A program made the translations under genes and the position numbers. DNA of 40,489 bases. Source: Anaerolineae bacterium (GTDB lineage Bacteria > Chloroflexota > Anaerolineae > S140-20). The stretch spans positions 1-40,489 of the forward strand of contig JALUTT010000080.1 in the NCBI GenBank assembly GCA_027021705.1, written 5' to 3'. Of the stretch, positions 39,167 to 40,489 are shown one piece after another. The stretch's first letter is position 1, and each line of letters opens with the position of its first letter. The notes below the pieces were generated by a model. The model was not told the origin of the DNA. It searched no databases and was given only the letters and a program-made list of their open reading frames with translations.

Positions 39167-39580
39167 TCAGCGATTGGGGCTTTCCTCGGCTCGCTCCATA
39201 CCGAGGACCTTCTCGACGCTCTGGAGGAGCTCCTGGGGGCCAAAGGGCTTGGTGACGTAATCGTCCACCTTAGCGATGTGGAGCCCCAGGACCTTGTCAA
39301 TGCTCTGGGCCTTGGCGGTGACCACGATGACCGGGATGTCCTTGAGGGCGGGGTCGGCCTTCATCTGCTGGTAGACCTCCCACCCATCAATGTCGGGCAT
39401 CATCAGGTCCAGCAGCACCAAGTCCGGCTTGACGCGGCGGACCGTTTCCAATCCCTCGCGGCCTCCCATCGCGCCGATCAACTCAAACCCCTTGCGCCCT
39501 AGGATGAGGCGGACCAGGTCAATCATTTCCGGCTCGTCTTCAATGCACACGACGGTCTTCTTGGTTTCTTGTGCGTCCAT
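39167..39580 (-). CDS. Single-domain response regulator (receiver only)
   Basis: IEDEPEM, LLDLMMPDIDG, VVTAK and YVTKPF. Confidence 0.92.
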   Translation of the reverse strand: MDAQETKKTVVCIEDEPEMIDLVRLILGRKGFELIGAMGGREGLETVRRVKPDLVLLDLMMPDIDGWEVYQQMKADPALKDIPVIVVTAKAQSIDKVLGLHIAKVDDYVTKPFGPQELLQSVEKVLGMERAEESPNR

Positions 39581-39594
39581 GTTCTGCTCCTCTC

Positions 39595-39990
39595 TCAACG
39601 GGTGCTGACGGCCCTCCGCCCCAGGACACGCTCGACGGTCTCCAGCAGTTCCTTGGGGCCAAAGTCGGCCTTGACCAGGTAGGCGTCTACTTTGGCAACG
39701 TGCAGTCCCAGCACCTGATCAATGGGCTTGTCTTTGGCCGTGACGACGATAACAGGGATTTTGCTGAGGCGCTCATCCGCCTTCATCCGGCGGTGTACCT
39801 CCCAGCCATCCATATCGGGCATCATCAGGTCCAGCAACACCAGGTCGGGGACCTCGCGTTGGATCGTCTCTAGCCCCTCTCGCCCACCGATGGCCCCGAT
39901 CACCTCAAATCCCTGGGGTTCCAGAATGAGCTTCACCAGGTCAATCATGTCGGCATGGTCTTCGACATAGACCACCTTCTTCCCTGCCAT
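39595..39990 (-). CDS. Single-domain response regulator (receiver only), paralog of the neighbour
   Basis: VEDHADM, LLDLMMPDMDG, VVTAK and YLVKADF. GGAGGGG RBS. Confidence 0.92.
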   Translation of the reverse strand: MAGKKVVYVEDHADMIDLVKLILEPQGFEVIGAIGGREGLETIQREVPDLVLLDLMMPDMDGWEVHRRMKADERLSKIPVIVVTAKDKPIDQVLGLHVAKVDAYLVKADFGPKELLETVERVLGRRAVSTR

Positions 39991-40489
39991 ATCCCCCTCC
40001 CGGCTTGCAGCGAGCGTGGTTTGCGCTCCTTTCGCGGGTATTTCAACCATAGTGTACCACAAATAGTGGGAGATGCAACCGGTGGGTCAGCTCCTGACCA
40101 TTTTACTGCCAGGATTGTACTTCAATCTGCCGCAAGAGGCAAGGAGCCAGGTAACAGACAGGCTTTCCCTCGTTGGGGTTTGGTGATTACTCCTGTCTTG
40201 GGGGTGGGGAGATTAGCCCTTTGCGGATGGGGCATGAATCACGGATCAGGAGTCGCCCCATCATGCATTCGTGGAAAGTTCGTGGATGGCCTACCGCAGC
40301 CCGTTCCCTCGCCCACTGATGGGCAATCACCAGGGGAGAGATTGTTCCGAGTTTGTTTGGAGGCGAGCGTATCAAGTTGGGGACCTGCAGGTAGCCGAAA
40401 TGGGCTCTGGGCTTCGTAAAATGGTCGAAAAAGGGGGGGGAGCTTGCCCATAATGAATTGAGCGTGACCAAAACCAGTTGGAAGGTTGT

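Noticed and set aside
40063..40489. Short ORFs in the lower-GC right end
   Set aside because: No recognisable motifs. Probably intergenic, or the edge of a feature beyond the window.

Overview
High-GC (visually about 65-70%) bacterial chromosome segment, most likely from Chloroflexota/Anaerolineae. This is inferred from a C-terminal YLPLVLR motif, the REP-like palindromes and the gene content. The left 8 kb is a repeat-bracketed, three-gene minus-strand operon. It encodes a ~1936-aa caspase-like CHAT protease with an intact His/Cys dyad and 23 near-identical 45-aa (135-bp) TPR-like repeats that vary at a few fixed positions. A 143-aa protein with a C-terminal Cys/His zinc-ribbon follows, then an overlapping 295-aa multi-pass membrane protein. 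This is the best candidate for an undescribed protease-activated conflict or signalling system. The rest is mostly housekeeping: MoxR, dtd, two class V aminotransferases, DUF554, an epimerase, a Zn-dehydrogenase, an enoyl-CoA hydratase, a ChlD-like chelatase, two HAD hydrolases, tatA, three tRNAs, trmI, hypB, a UvrD-like gene pair and two receiver-only response regulators. Other notable elements are a restriction-modification pair with an M.PvuII-like methyltransferase, an A9 slippery site in the chlD-like gene, a coiled-coil PD-(D/E)XK protein and a promoter-flanked candidate ncRNA near 30 kb. All calls come from reading motifs by eye; no database searches were run.
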